Shown piece by piece: positions 39,117-52,400 of a stretch of 64,000 nt of DNA. The stretch is taken from positions 279,744 through 343,743 of the forward strand of contig NW_002060974.1 in assembly GCF_000150275.1 (NCBI RefSeq). The letters run 5' to 3'. The first letter of the stretch is position 1, and each line of letters starts with the position of its first letter. The position numbers and the translations under genes are program-made. The DNA comes from Trichoplax adhaerens (lineage: Eukaryota; Animalia; Placozoa). The notes beneath the pieces are model-generated. The model worked only from the letters and a program-made list of their open reading frames with translations, was not told the origin of the DNA and did no database searches.

Positions 39117-41575
39117 CTAATGTAGGAATCGGATGCTCATTTTCTGTTCGACGTCAACTTTTTCTAATGCCTAGTAAATGGGCACAGTGAAGTTTAGCAA
39201 TAGCAGGATTCTCGATTTCTAGACCTATTTATTGTAGTATTTATTACGCCTACAGTAAAACATATCATTTTACCTTTTTGAATTCATCAAACGATATACA
39301 ACCATCTTCATCGGTGTCAGCTTCAACGATTGCACGATCAGCGATGCAACCCAACTATATAAGAAAATACATTACATTTAAATCAATGGTAAATACAATG
39401 AGTGTAATCGTGCTGTACTTCCTCCGCAATACACGACTGTCATTTATAGCAATTACCTGCTCATCAGATATGTTCGTACCGACCATCATATGGAGAATCT
39501 GTCAATGAAATTATCCATATTAGCATGTAATAAAGCTGAAGGCTATATCAGTCACTTAAAGCAAGTCTAGTATGTGTGAAAATAGTCGGTATATGTATGC
39601 TACTACTTGTAAAATAAAATATTATACACTAATACAATATACGCAACTGGTAACAGTCATATTTCAATATTTTTAACTGAACATTGGTAATAAACTTTGG
39701 TAGGGTACAACAATAATACTGTATTGATGAATAAAGTTATCTTAGTAAGAGCGCCAAAATGGATGGTTAATATCATAAAATGAAGTTGAAGTTGCGCAAT
39801 TCTATCAATAAATATGTTTGATTATCGAAACACCCTTATATACAGGGTTCAAAATAGTAGATTGAATGATTGTAAGCACCCTAAATTGCATCACAGCTTA
39901 ACTCACGTCGAGTAATTCATGTCTGGATATTTTGCCATCGTGATCGAGATCATACATCTTGAATGCATCTGGCATAGAAAAAGAGCCGGTAAATACTACT
40001 ATTAGAATAATCGATTGGAAGAAAACATTGTAAGTTGAAGTAATGCAATCATGTCCATCAGGTGTAAAAACAGTGTTCAAGGGAAATTTGGTAATGTAAA
40101 CAATATTGCGAAAGGTAATCCAATTCAACGATGGCACATCATTGAGTTATGTTATATACCAGGGACTACACAAGGTTATAAATGGCCGATTTACCTCCCT
40201 TTCGTTTTTTGAGCAGTCTCTGGCTATATGCACATCGAACATTAGCCAAAGACGAGTTAAGACGAGAAAATGGGCGATTTTAGCTTGCATCATCACTTAC
40301 ATTTTAATTTTTGTTCTCGAATTTCCTCTATTGCTTGCGGTTTTTCATTTGGTTTACAAGGTCTAAATAAAGCCAACGTTCTCATAAATTGCCTAAAGTT
40401 AATACTTGGTTCTGCACCATTATTTCTGGAATGACAAGCAGAAAGAATGCTGTTAATATAACTCTATATTTTATCCATGATGAATATGATCGAGAAGCCG
40501 ATGTTAAGTGGACAAACATGATCGTCTATAATAAGTATACAAGCTAGAAGGATAAAACTTACGTCGAATCCCAGAAGAAAGACTCAATAATGCGGTCACC
40601 GAGCGGATTGATAGCAAGTTCAGGAATTCGCATAAACTCTTCACGCCTAAGTTAGAAACGTTGGATGATCTTGATTAGTATTTTGTAACGTCCAGCAATA
40701 AGGTCAATATCGACGATATATTTCATTCTTCCGCATTGACAATTGTTATCCTACTATTCTACCAGTATTATTATATATTTATAATCGTCAGTAATTTCAA
40801 ATAGTTCCATGACTGCGATTGAAGGTCACTGAAAAGAGAAATTGGAATACGCTATAATAACCTCTGAGTATCAGAATACTATCTGTATCATAAGTCAAAG
40901 GATAATATGATTACTACTCTACGTCTGTTCGGAGCAATCATGAATGAATTTGTGAAGGTATTTCTAAGTGATTGCACAGTCCATCTCTACGAATAGAAAT
41001 TGAAGAGTACTGCCAACATGGGCATGAATTGGCACTGTAGAATATGACACAGCCGTGGCTATCCTCCAGTACTACCGTCAATCCTATTGCAACTTATCAG
41101 GCATTTTACTCTCCATATTCAAGTGTACGAGAAAAGATTGCGCTAGGCATTAAATCGTATCAAAACAGCATCTGTGTACTCACGTTAAACTGCCAGTATT
41201 GCGCTTATCCAAAGTCGAAAATCTGCTGTGCAACCGCTGGATTTGACTGGGAGAAACTAGAATAAATCCATAAGATCCATTTGAAGGTTAAACAACAAGT
41301 TGAATGCATCAGTTACTAGTACAGTAGCCCTAACTAAGATAATTTAACACCAAGTTGAATCAATCAAACATTGGAGATGATCATTATTCAATCCAGCCAT
41401 CCATCATTGCAACACTGATTTATGCAAAGCCACTGAAAAAATGACATGACTAACCCTTCATTTATATTGATACTACGGACAATAATTGCCCCATCCACTT
41501 GTACTTACAATGAGTTTCTTTTTGGATAGCAGCAATTTCTTCCGGTCGTAATATTAATGAAGAATTAGAACCCAT
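39117..41575 (-). CDS. CHP1: Calcineurin B homologous protein (EF-hand, N-myristoylation-type start), 195 aa
   Basis: Exons 41575-41509, 41256-41184, 40646-40563, 40425-40301, 39968-39907, 39498-39457, 39354-39274, 39170-39117 (588 nt). MGSNSS...RIPELAINPLGDRII...AFKMYDLDHDGKISRHEL...ADTDEDGCISFDEF...LEKVDVEQKMSIRFLH* closely matches vertebrate CHP1. Confidence 0.96.
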
Positions 41576-41883
41576 TTCTCATCCTTGACACTGGAGCTAA
41601 AATGGATAAAAAAAAAAATGGCTTCTCCTTGCTGTTGCTGGCTATGGAGGTGGTGCCAATCCTGACTGTATAGTCCTGTATGCGTACCGGGCCTGAATCA
41701 TTTGCCCTAGGCCTTGTAAAGTACACACTGCAATACGGCACGATCCGGTAGGATAGTGTTCAATCAACCAGTGGAGCGATAGTTCATTTCTATGGATGGA
41801 AAGGGTTGCTTGGCGTTTCATATGCGGTGCGGAGGAGGTCATCGTACCGATGGCAAATGTCAACGCCATCCAAAAACAAGCCA

Positions 41884-43165
41884 AGATTGACAGAAGTCAG
41901 TGACGGACGGATGCAAGCTGATGACTGTACAGTGTATCATGGACGACCCACACACAGTACGTACTGTAGGGTACAGTGGAGTACAGTGCAATACAAGACT
42001 CACCATGGCTGAATATCTTCAGCACCTTCTTCATTACTGTTTACCTTGAAGTGAACGAGATTGACAGAAGTCAGTGACGGACGGATGCGAAATGATGACT
42101 GTACAGTGTACACCTTGAAATGAACGAGATTGACAGAAGTCAGTGACGGACGGATGCGAAATGATGACTGTACAGTGTACACCTTGAAATGAACGAGATT
42201 GACAGAAGTCAGTGACGGACGGATGCGAAATGATGACTGTACAGTGTACAGTGTACACCTTGAAGTGAACGAGATTGACAGAAGTCAGTGACGGACGGAT
42301 GCGAGATGATGACTGTACAGTGTATCATGGACGACCCACGCACAGTACATACTGTATGGTTCAGTGCAGTACAGTGCAATACAAGACTCACCATGACTGA
42401 ATATCTATCTTCATTACTGTACTGTACAGTACAGTGTACACCTTGAAGTGAACGAGATTGACAGAAGTCAGTGACGGACGGATACGAGATGATGACTGTA
42501 CAGTGTATCATGGATGATCCACACACTGTACGTACTGTATGGTACAGTGCAGTACAGTGCAATACAAGACTCACCACGGCTGAATATCTTCAGTACCCTC
42601 TTCATTACTGTACACCTTTGAAGTGAAGGAGATTGACAGAAGTCAACGACGGACGGACGCGAAAGGATGACTGTACAGTGTATCATGGATGACCCACACA
42701 CAGTACACACTGTATGGTACGGTGCAGTACAGTGCAATACAAGACTCACCATGGCTAAATATCTTCAGCACCCTCTTCATTAGTGTACAGTGTTTACCTT
42801 GAAGTGAACGAGATTGACAGAAGTCAATGACGGACGGATGCGAGAGGATAATTGTACAGTGTATCATGGATGACCTACGCACAGTACATACTGTATGGTA
42901 CAGTGCAATATAATGCAATACAATACTCACCAAGGCTGAATATCTTCAGTACCCTCTTCATTACTGTACAGTGTACACTGTACACCTTGAAGTGAAGGAG
43001 ATTGACAGATGTCAGCGACGGACGGATGCAACATGATGACTGTACAGTGTATCATGGACGACCCACACACAGTACATACTGTATGGTACAGTGCAGTACA
43101 AGCCTCTCCATGACTGAATATCTTCAGCATCCTCTTCATGTTCACCTTGAAGTGAACGAGATTTA
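41884..43165. repeat. Composite tandem repeat with long (~160-188 bp) and short (69-76 bp) units
   Basis: Anchor AGATTGACAGA at 41884, 42058, 42127, 42196, 42272, 42455, 42630, 42811, 42999 and partial at 43159; rich in TGTACA/CAGTGTA. Confidence 0.95.
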
Positions 43166-43389
43166 CTTTTAATACTTTAAATTTAGCCAAAATTTCACGT
43201 CAGCACATTCTGAAACCCTTCAACAATTTACAATCGATGATTTTGCTAAATTAGATTGTAGTATTAACAAATTGGATCACCTTTGAAAATTTGTCAATAC
43301 CAACCATCAGTCAGTGCTTCATTTACTGTATGGTCGGTTCAAATAGCTTACGGTGTCTGCTTACAAATCATGCAGTCATCGAGATCATC

Positions 43390-43658
43390 TCCATGGTTTC
43401 TACTACACACTAGGTAAAATATCGTATCTACGTATTAATTCCGTTAACACTAAATGCATGCATGGAAAATATCAATATTAAATCACGTATTCACTCGTTC
43501 AATACGCCTACAAGATGCTTCCTCTCCACCATTTCTACTCTGGTATATCGTCGACCTCTCGATACTAGGTAAAATATCCAATCGACGCATAGTATTACGG
43601 TAACTCCGTGAACAAACAAATGCATGGATGGAAAACATCAACATTCAATGACTTATTC
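43390..43658 (+). repeat. Diverged tandem duplication (~100-135 bp x2)
   Basis: TTTCTACT...ACTAGGTAAAATATC...AAATGCATGsATGGAAAAyATCAAyATT occurs twice. Confidence 0.75.
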
Positions 43659-45684
43659 AGTAGTTAAATACGCGAACAAGATGTTGTATTTCTGTCGACA
43701 ATTGCTCGTTCAATACGTCAATCTTTCGTAGTATAGTGCACTTCCATTTGTAGCTTGATTCAAGACTAGACATCGCTATACTGTAGTAGGTACAGTAGAA
43801 ACAGTAAGAAGGAACGACTTGATTGATTATGGATGTATATGATATAGAAAATGGATGCGGAAGAGAGGATAGAAATCCTACCAACATGGATCTTACTACC
43901 TTCATAATATCTCCAATATTAGCAAAAGTGCACAGTCGGCAGCAACCAAACATGATTGACCCGGAAGTGATCATAACCCTTTATCCAATAAAGTATACCT
44001 GGTCATAATACTATTTGTAGTATCCATCAATATAGAATTAAGGTACTCAATTTAAAGGACGAATGATTCTTTCGTACAATGGGTCGTGTAGCTAGTTAAG
44101 GTTGATTAATTAATGACTACTTATAACAGCAGATTAGGACTATGGAATGATGGAAAATTGAATGAAGCCGGCATATTGAGATACATCCGGGTACACTGGT
44201 TAAATAAATAAATAATAACAGAATCGCAACTGTTCCAGATGAAATTTGATATTACTACAAATCCATATACACCTCCCCACATACCGGCAATAGTACATAT
44301 CGATATGTCTATCAACATTTCGTGGTGAGCTTTAAATTTAAAAATCGATCTACACCTTTCTTATACATTGTGATCAACAAAGTTAGCCGTGAATACATGA
44401 GCATTGAGTGTTTTTGGCTCTTGATTCTACCAGCAGTTCAGTACGAAAATGGATAGGCTTGATTTGTTTAAAATCGGAAAAAAGTAGTTCCTCTGAACAG
44501 AATTTAAATTCTTTTTTACATAATAATTACTATCTAGATGAAAAAAACATTGTCGTCTTTCTGATCGAGGTACTCTCAATAAGATTAATTTTACTTCCAA
44601 GAAATGATTGAGGCCTAGGACTGAAGTCATTTTAGCGAAGAACGGTATCGTTTTCAGCGATTATTAGATAAGTAACAATCTCTAAAAACGGGTTTTTAAC
44701 AAAAAAAATGTTTATCAAGCGAACGTAACTATAATGTTAAATTGTAAATATCATCATTCTTGTAGAAAACAACTTGAGAAGATATTTCAAGTACGGTGTG
44801 CCTCAGGAATAATCCAATGTGAAATGGAAAACAGTATAATATCAATGACTATTAACAATAAAGCACTCTATCTAAGCTTATATATTATATTGAATTATTT
44901 AGGTATGAACAATGCCGTAATATAGTCTTTGCTTTAAAAATACTAAAATTCTTGTTACTATTGTTGTAAAAATATTATTACTGTAATAACAGTTTTCGTA
45001 AAATATCATCGATGCATCGACATTTGCTAAAGTCACTTAAGTGTATAAGTTATCAGGTCATGCTAATGACTTAGTCTCGTGTTACTAGGATAATACAGAG
45101 CAGGATAATTGCCGTTAGGCTCATTTTGTTAGTATTTGAGCCATATAACTGACTGTAACAAGTTCGATGTGATAAAGTACACCTATTTTAGATTCAAGAT
45201 TGTAAATATTAATCATAATACGTACAGTACATGATTAAGCCGATGCCCATGAAATATCTTTTTCAAGTGTTAGGAACTGTTACTTTTGCGATCTTGTTGT
45301 AAGTAGCATATTCTTGCATAAAATGTATTATTGGGTTTCTTTAAGGTAAGCTTTCAAACGCTAGTGGTCAAAGTAGATATGGCTTAATCAGTCTCCTTTC
45401 AAGAAATTGTCAAGAAAAGTTAGAATAGAATCCTGTTAATCTTCATGATAATGGTGATACAACATTACATAAAGAATTTAGAATTTTAAATTATCTCATC
45501 TACTTCCGTGTTAGTATCAGTACTAAATGCAATCCGGAATTTGCGATGTCCTATTTTTAAGCTATCATAAAGTTATGCTTAATATTCTATTCTTAACATG
45601 TTTACATCAGTTCTCTATCAATCTCTAAATGCTTGAATAAATTATTTTGTTATCATAATGTTCCAAACGTCTCTTCTTGCAATT

Positions 45685-48600
45685 GCATGCAAAGAAGTGT
45701 TGTAATCGATAGAATAGCTTTTCTCGTTCAATTAATCGGTGTCAGTGATGAATCAAAAATATATCTTGAATACCACAAATGATGTCAAGTTGTAAACATA
45801 CATGTGAATAATTCATAGTATTAATAACCAATTAGCTTTTGAAAGTGAAGTTAGTTAAAAAAGATAATGCCAATTAATAGTAACATACTCTTAACACTTT
45901 CTTATTTTCTTAAAAATTCATGCAGGTGCTGACGGGAATAACAATAATATTATTATTAGTCAAATAAGGTAGTATAATTTGATGAAAATGAAAACAGAAC
46001 ATTTTCTCTGATCTGTTGTATTTCATGGCATATTTTTATTTTATTGTATTGTGATTACGATCAAAGCTGACCAAAGCAGTCCTTATATCGGTTAGATACA
46101 AGAATCGAATAGAATGGTTAAATTTTGTAAAAGATAGGAATGAAATTTGATTAGAATACAAAAAATGATCATTTTCGTGGCTAAAATCTCATATATTGAC
46201 TGTTATTAAATATTATGCTGTTGAGTAAAGACTGCGATTGTCTCCGCTCTTGAATTTTACCTCTGAGAGAACTACAATGATAATAAAGCTATTCCTTTAA
46301 TAAAATATACCGGATGGCAATATTTACCTGCAATTAAAATTTAAAATTATAGAGAAAACTTTATCTGTACGAATTTTGGTAAAGTATGATTGGATCTAGA
46401 TCAAATACAGTATTGTAATACTTAGTTCTTAATCATCGTTTACTATTTCGCTTTATTTAAAAAGTCAGATACCGGCAACAAATACTATTAAAAGTGAAAT
46501 GATTGATAGCCGAGCAAACTATGTATCAATAACGTATTTGCCATGATATTCTATTAATTGTAACTGTGAGGTTTATTTGTAGCCATCATTAGTAAATTTA
46601 TTGAATATAGGTTATTAGATCGTGCAATTTATCTTTATGTACGAATTTATCTTCATGTACGTCGTTAGCTTGCAGCCATCATCGAAGTTTCCAAACCACT
46701 GTATTAATTAGTAATTGTTTTCAATCTATAAGTTAGTAAGCATTGTTGAAATGATAATTGACCAAACTAAGGAATTGTTATACTTTAATCTGTCTTATTA
46801 GCAAGAGCAGCGTAAGCTTTTTCATCATTTTACTCAATTTTTTCCTGTTTAATATTTATAGCGCCAATAAAATGTAAATCTTGCTTCTAATGGTCAGTAA
46901 CGATCTATGTAAACTTTAGATCTTGTCATAAATTCATCCTATTCATCCGTGGGAATTTTATATTTCAAAAGCTGGGTTGGTATTCCTTGGTTATAGTAAA
47001 ATAATACATACTATATAAAAAAGAAATTCTATGCTTTCAAAAGTAACATAAATAAATAAAATTTTCCTAAAAATTATAAGGAAGTCCATTGCAGTCGTTT
47101 TCCATTCTAAAGCTTTTTGTATGAAGTAATTTGTAATGATGATTAGTTCTACATCGATAGATTAAAAAACTTCTTACTTAATACTAAATTTATTTTCTTA
47201 CTTGAATATTTAATATAATTTCTAACTTTGATATGTCAACAATATTTATGCCAAAATTATGTATAAATAGCATGCAAACCGTCTATTCTGCTTAACTAGC
47301 CTTGGCGTATAGCTTTGATATTGTAGCAATAGTCTTCGGTTAATTTGGATTCTTCAATTGGAAGTGAAATCTGGCCTACACTATTTAATTAAATATAAGA
47401 TCCGATTTCAACTCAAATTAGATAGAATATGGATGCAACCATTAATGCATCTAATGTTACTTTTCGTGTGTCCTTAATAAAAAGTCGTCGATACCTTATG
47501 ATATTCACTATTACAGAAAGTGTCGCTGGCTTGAGTATAAATGCTATTATGGTCAAAGTGTTCATAACAGACAAACAATTTCGAAAGACTACCTATCGTT
47601 TATTATGTATGGTAATGATTTCTGACATTATTGCCTCATTAAATTCGATCACTGGTTATATTATTGCAGCCTATAATACACTAGATTATCACGATGGTGC
47701 GACATGGTGTGCTATATTTCTTACGGTTGGAGCTGCTTCATATGCAGTTTCTATGATGAATCTAGCTTTGATTGCAATCGATCGCTACTTTGTTATTGTT
47801 CGACCATTTTCGCCTTTTTATCGATATTACAAGAGGAATTTTCTAATTATTTCTGAGATATTAATCTGGTTATCATCCATAGGAGTGACTATGCCAATGA
47901 CAGTTTATGTTTCTAGCTATCAGGATACGCCTTTGTTTTGCGATTTACCAAATATAAATTTTGAGAAATCAGTGTACCTTTTAATTCTAACACTGACTAT
48001 TTATGTCACTCCTGCATTGCTCATAGTCATAGCTTATTTTAGAATTATCAATTTTCAGAGGAATTATGTTCGGCCCGGTCATAGGACATCCCAACAGCTT
48101 CGAAAAGATTATGCAACTAAAAGGAGATTTATCTGGATGTTAATATGGATAACTGTATGCTCTGCTTTTATAACTTGGCCTTCGTTTGGAACTGTTACCG
48201 CAATAGCAGTTACTCAAAAATCGATTTCTCAACTTACTTCCGGGAACGCAGTAATTTATTTCTTAATTTTTACTGGCTATATTATTACATTATCATTGAA
48301 TATTCTAAACCCACTCATAATTTTAACATTCGATCAACATCTAAGACGGGCGGTGTGGCTCAAATTTGGAAGCAACTTATACCAAAAAGTTATAATGTTT
48401 ACATCTAAATCCTGAAATGGACTCAAGATCTAATCAATCCCGCTAATCATATGCAATTGACTTAAGTTTTTCATTATATCTATCCAGATAATTTACCGGT
48501 ATCATCAGGTGGTAATATAGGTACTGTATATAGTTTAATAAGACCCGGGAAAAGTCCAATTAGTATCATTAACTATAATATTGCAAATATATCTTATTGT

Positions 48601-49420
48601 ACCGTGTACGAAATATTATTATTGACTCTATATAGCTTAATAGTAGTTGCTATTGTTTCTCTTAATACGAATTTCTAGCCTCTTGATTCGGTTTATAATA
48701 ATGGGGATGGAATAATATCCACTGTATTTTATGACTAAATTTTTTATATTATAGCATAGAAACTACTTAATACATCTAAGTATCCATTAAAATGCTAGTT
48801 TCTGTACCACTTTTATAGGTAGTATCCTATTTTTCCATTTACAGATATTTGAATCAACATGTGCATTGCATAACTTTACCGGCCAGGTGATGTACCTATT
48901 ATCTAAATCGAATAGCTGATTGTCTAGTATTATTTTGACGCTGTAGTGAGTGGAAATTTTAAATAATATAAATGCTAGTAGATATTCTATGATTATGTTG
49001 TATTCAATTTAAGTAGGACGTTATCATTATTGTATCGCTATCAACATTTGACCCTATCTTTAAAATTAACTCCAGGAAGTACAAATAAAAAGTATACGCC
49101 TTATATGGAATATAACTTCATAGTTTTCTTTCATTACGGAATTAAAAATTGATATGAATTCCAAAGTCTTGATATTTCTTACTTGAATCAAGGATACCTC
49201 TGTTTTGGATATTATGAATAGATTTTTGATTTAGAAATGTATCATTTCATTATGTATTATTACTTTTATGGAACTGAAGCCTAACTCTGATACTATATAT
49301 TTTATACTGATTGAAAATCTGGAATACCTTTATACTGTCGTACAGCATTTAAAGCATTAACATTTAAATATTGTAATTATAATATTCTATGATCTATTAG
49401 CTCACAATATAAAATTAAAA
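45685..49420 (+). repeat. Segmental duplication copy 1 (GPCR plus flanks); copy 2 at ~54235-58835
   Basis: Colinear matches: GCATrCAAAGAAGTGTT (45685/54235), AAAGTGAAATGATTrATAGCC (~46492/55002), GPCR body, and AAAATCTGGAATA (49315/58736). Confidence 0.85.
47429..48415 (+). CDS. Intronless class A (rhodopsin-like) orphan GPCR, 328 aa
   Basis: Seven hydrophobic segments, TM1 N, TM2 SD, TM3 WC...IAIDRY, TM4 W, ECL2 Cys (LFCDL), TM5 P, TM6 TWP, TM7 NPLII; N-terminal N-glycosylation sequons. Confidence 0.93.
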   Translation: MDATINASNVTFRVSLIKSRRYLMIFTITESVAGLSINAIMVKVFITDKQFRKTTYRLLCMVMISDIIASLNSITGYIIAAYNTLDYHDGATWCAIFLTVGAASYAVSMMNLALIAIDRYFVIVRPFSPFYRYYKRNFLIISEILIWLSSIGVTMPMTVYVSSYQDTPLFCDLPNINFEKSVYLLILTLTIYVTPALLIVIAYFRIINFQRNYVRPGHRTSQQLRKDYATKRRFIWMLIWITVCSAFITWPSFGTVTAIAVTQKSISQLTSGNAVIYFLIFTGYIITLSLNILNPLIILTFDQHLRRAVWLKFGSNLYQKVIMFTSKS

Positions 49421-52400
49421 ATCAAACATTATACTGACTGCCTTCAATTTATTTGATTTTTATTGTACGGTTTATCTAAATTATGTTACGGAGAATTAAT
49501 TTTGTACAACACATGCACAATTTTAAAATGAATAGACACATTAAGAATGGAAAATGCTCAGATGACCCTTGATAATTACTCATTCAATTCTCAAATAAAG
49601 CGTAGTATTTATATTCATTTAATGACGAGTTTTGAAGATAAATTTTTTTTAAAATTTATGTCTAGCATTTTAATTAATTATTTTGTCTTGAATATACCGT
49701 ATTTTCAATTTATCACCATAAAATAGACTCGGTGAGATTATTCAGCTATTCCCTGATTACATGCATGAGTTGTTGTGTTGTGAAAGTAGAAGTGTAATAT
49801 ATTGTAAAATGACTAATACTTTGGTAGTATGACATATGAATAAACCTGAGTAATTCAAATTACGGAAAATAAAATAATTATCATGAATGATACAAAATTA
49901 AGTAAAAATGATGATTTTTGATTAGTTATTTATTGACAATGAAGTCGGCATCGTAATAAATTCAGTAATTCTGGGCTGTTAAGCTTCTATTCTAAGTCTT
50001 GTCAACATTAGGAGATTATGCAAACTTCAGTGCTCTTACGGATTTAAGTTTAATTTCAAATGAAGATATGATAAAATTCTATTTAAAGTATGGTAATGAT
50101 TTGAACTGAGTCGTACGATTCTGACATGATAACTATTGCAGTATTTCATATAGTTGTTGTATTAGCGGGACAAGTAGGAAATATTAAAAGTGTAATACTA
50201 TGGCAGCATTTATTACGAGATTTAGATTCGGAATATCCTGATTAGTAAACGTTTAATTCCTATATTTTAAAAGATAATGTCATTATTACTATGGTATAAG
50301 AAACATTTTAATAAAGTTTAAATTGTTACTCTTTAATTAATCCGGATTTTGTATTTAATTGTAGAAATTAAGTTAGTAGGTCTTGTGGTGTGAAAATCAG
50401 GATCTACTCTACAGTATTAAGCACTCAGTTACAATACCTGTTCCTTAGGATAATCCGAATTTTATAATAATCGCATAATCGCTAATCCAAAAATTTCATA
50501 TGACAACTATGACTACTTTTCTGACGTTAGTATTGACAATTGGTGTTTCAGTACGAAGTTGTACAATAACTTCACGATTATATTATAGGGTACATTACAG
50601 TACTTTACTATCACGTTATAAATCCCCTTTCTCTATGTATAGGGGTTTCTTACTGAGCCAAATTCATTTACAACCCCAACAGACTATCGAATGCCCTTTC
50701 TTCAGATTAGGCGATCGCTCTTAAATTATTCTTATAGTAATCTATGTATAAACCTTGCAAACTAGTGAAGAAGAAAAGATGGCGACAATATGATTTGGCA
50801 GGGTAAAACTTAAAGATACTATCACTTTCTGGCTACTTTCTATAGTAAAGTAACAATAGTTTCATATTAAAATTTATAAAGGACTCCCCTTTTAGTCTTT
50901 TGCTACAATATTTTCCAGTCCTCTATAGTGTTACATAACGCAACATATTTAATGTCTCTTAACTCTTCAACGTAAAGAAGAAGTAAAAAGTTATTTATCT
51001 TATGCAGATAAATCTTTAGATTACTTCGACAGACCCTGAATTTACTTAAACATTACCAATAATGAGCTTAATTTTCATACGCCTGCTTTATGTAGAATAT
51101 GATAGTGATAGTTTGTAAGATGTTGTGCATCGATCCTAATGTTCTAGCGTCTATGAGCGAATTAGTCTTAATGTTGTGCACGCACACTATACTTTTAGTA
51201 AACCTAAAATATTCTCCTCATTTTTGTTCTACAAAAAGAGCCTGTTTAGCTATTTTAAAGGAATCGTGATGCTATTTTTAGGTAAACAAAGCTAGAATAT
51301 GCTATAAAAATAACTAGGAATAAGATGTCAGGATAATTATTTGTGTGACCAATAAATGCTAGTAAATAAAGTAAGCTCATAAGCTGCTGGAAGTGGTTGA
51401 AAAAGCTCAATTACATCATTAGGAACGTTTTTCCCCAAATACGTGATCAAGTTATCTTACCTTACCAAATTATCTGCTTGAGATATGATTAATTTTCATA
51501 GCTATAGTACATCAATTCAGCTAGAGCACATAACTTTCGTAGAACTTGACTGTAATCAGTCATTATAACTAGCATTAAATAAGTTAGTAAGAGGCCATTT
51601 TTAAAATATCAGCAACTACTGAAATCTAATATTGGTAACTCGATTATATCAAATACAGCTATCAACATCATAAAATACGACGTAGGTTACCATAGTTTTG
51701 TTTGTTATTAATTAATTTCCGTTTAAGGAAGAGATAAATAAGAAATTTTTGCAACCTAAATGTCTTTAAGTTTCGTCAGTCATAAGCACGAGTATACCTA
51801 GATTAATATTTTAATAATGAGTCCGTTTATCAGCTAACGGCTTTAAGCATAATATAGCCATGATAACTTTGCTCACATTTCTGTAACAGTTCTGCTATGG
51901 GAGTAGATGGAACTAGACCCACCAACTGCATCTACAAAATACTCTTATTAGTCGATTGTTATGTTATGATTCTACATATTTATACGTGTAATTAATTTAT
52001 TTACTTATCTCTATCATTTTATTGAATTCTTATATTATAGAAACACTAACTATTACGTTACAGGTATAACTGATACTATTCCGACATTATCATGATTTGA
52101 ACCGCCTTGTATATAATAGGTCCTGCCTAAACAAACGCCTTCAAATTGGTGCACCGCTAGTCTTGCTATTTATTGTATTAATTTTCTTAGTGCAAATTTT
52201 TAAGAAGAATATTGAAATAACTGACTATCCGATCGATTGACAAGATAAAATAAAGTTATTGTAACTTTACCTAAATGCCATTCACATACTGTACACATAA
52301 TATCATAATACTGTAATCAGCTGATAAAGTATTTATGAAAATTCGGTAAATAACAAAATTTGCGAGAATTAATAAATACCAGATAAAGAAAGCGTAATAG

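Noticed and set aside
41642-43190. Cys/His-rich ORFs in the ORF track, and a CRISPR-like look
   Set aside because: Products of the tandem repeat in several frames; no unique spacers, no cas genes, eukaryotic context.
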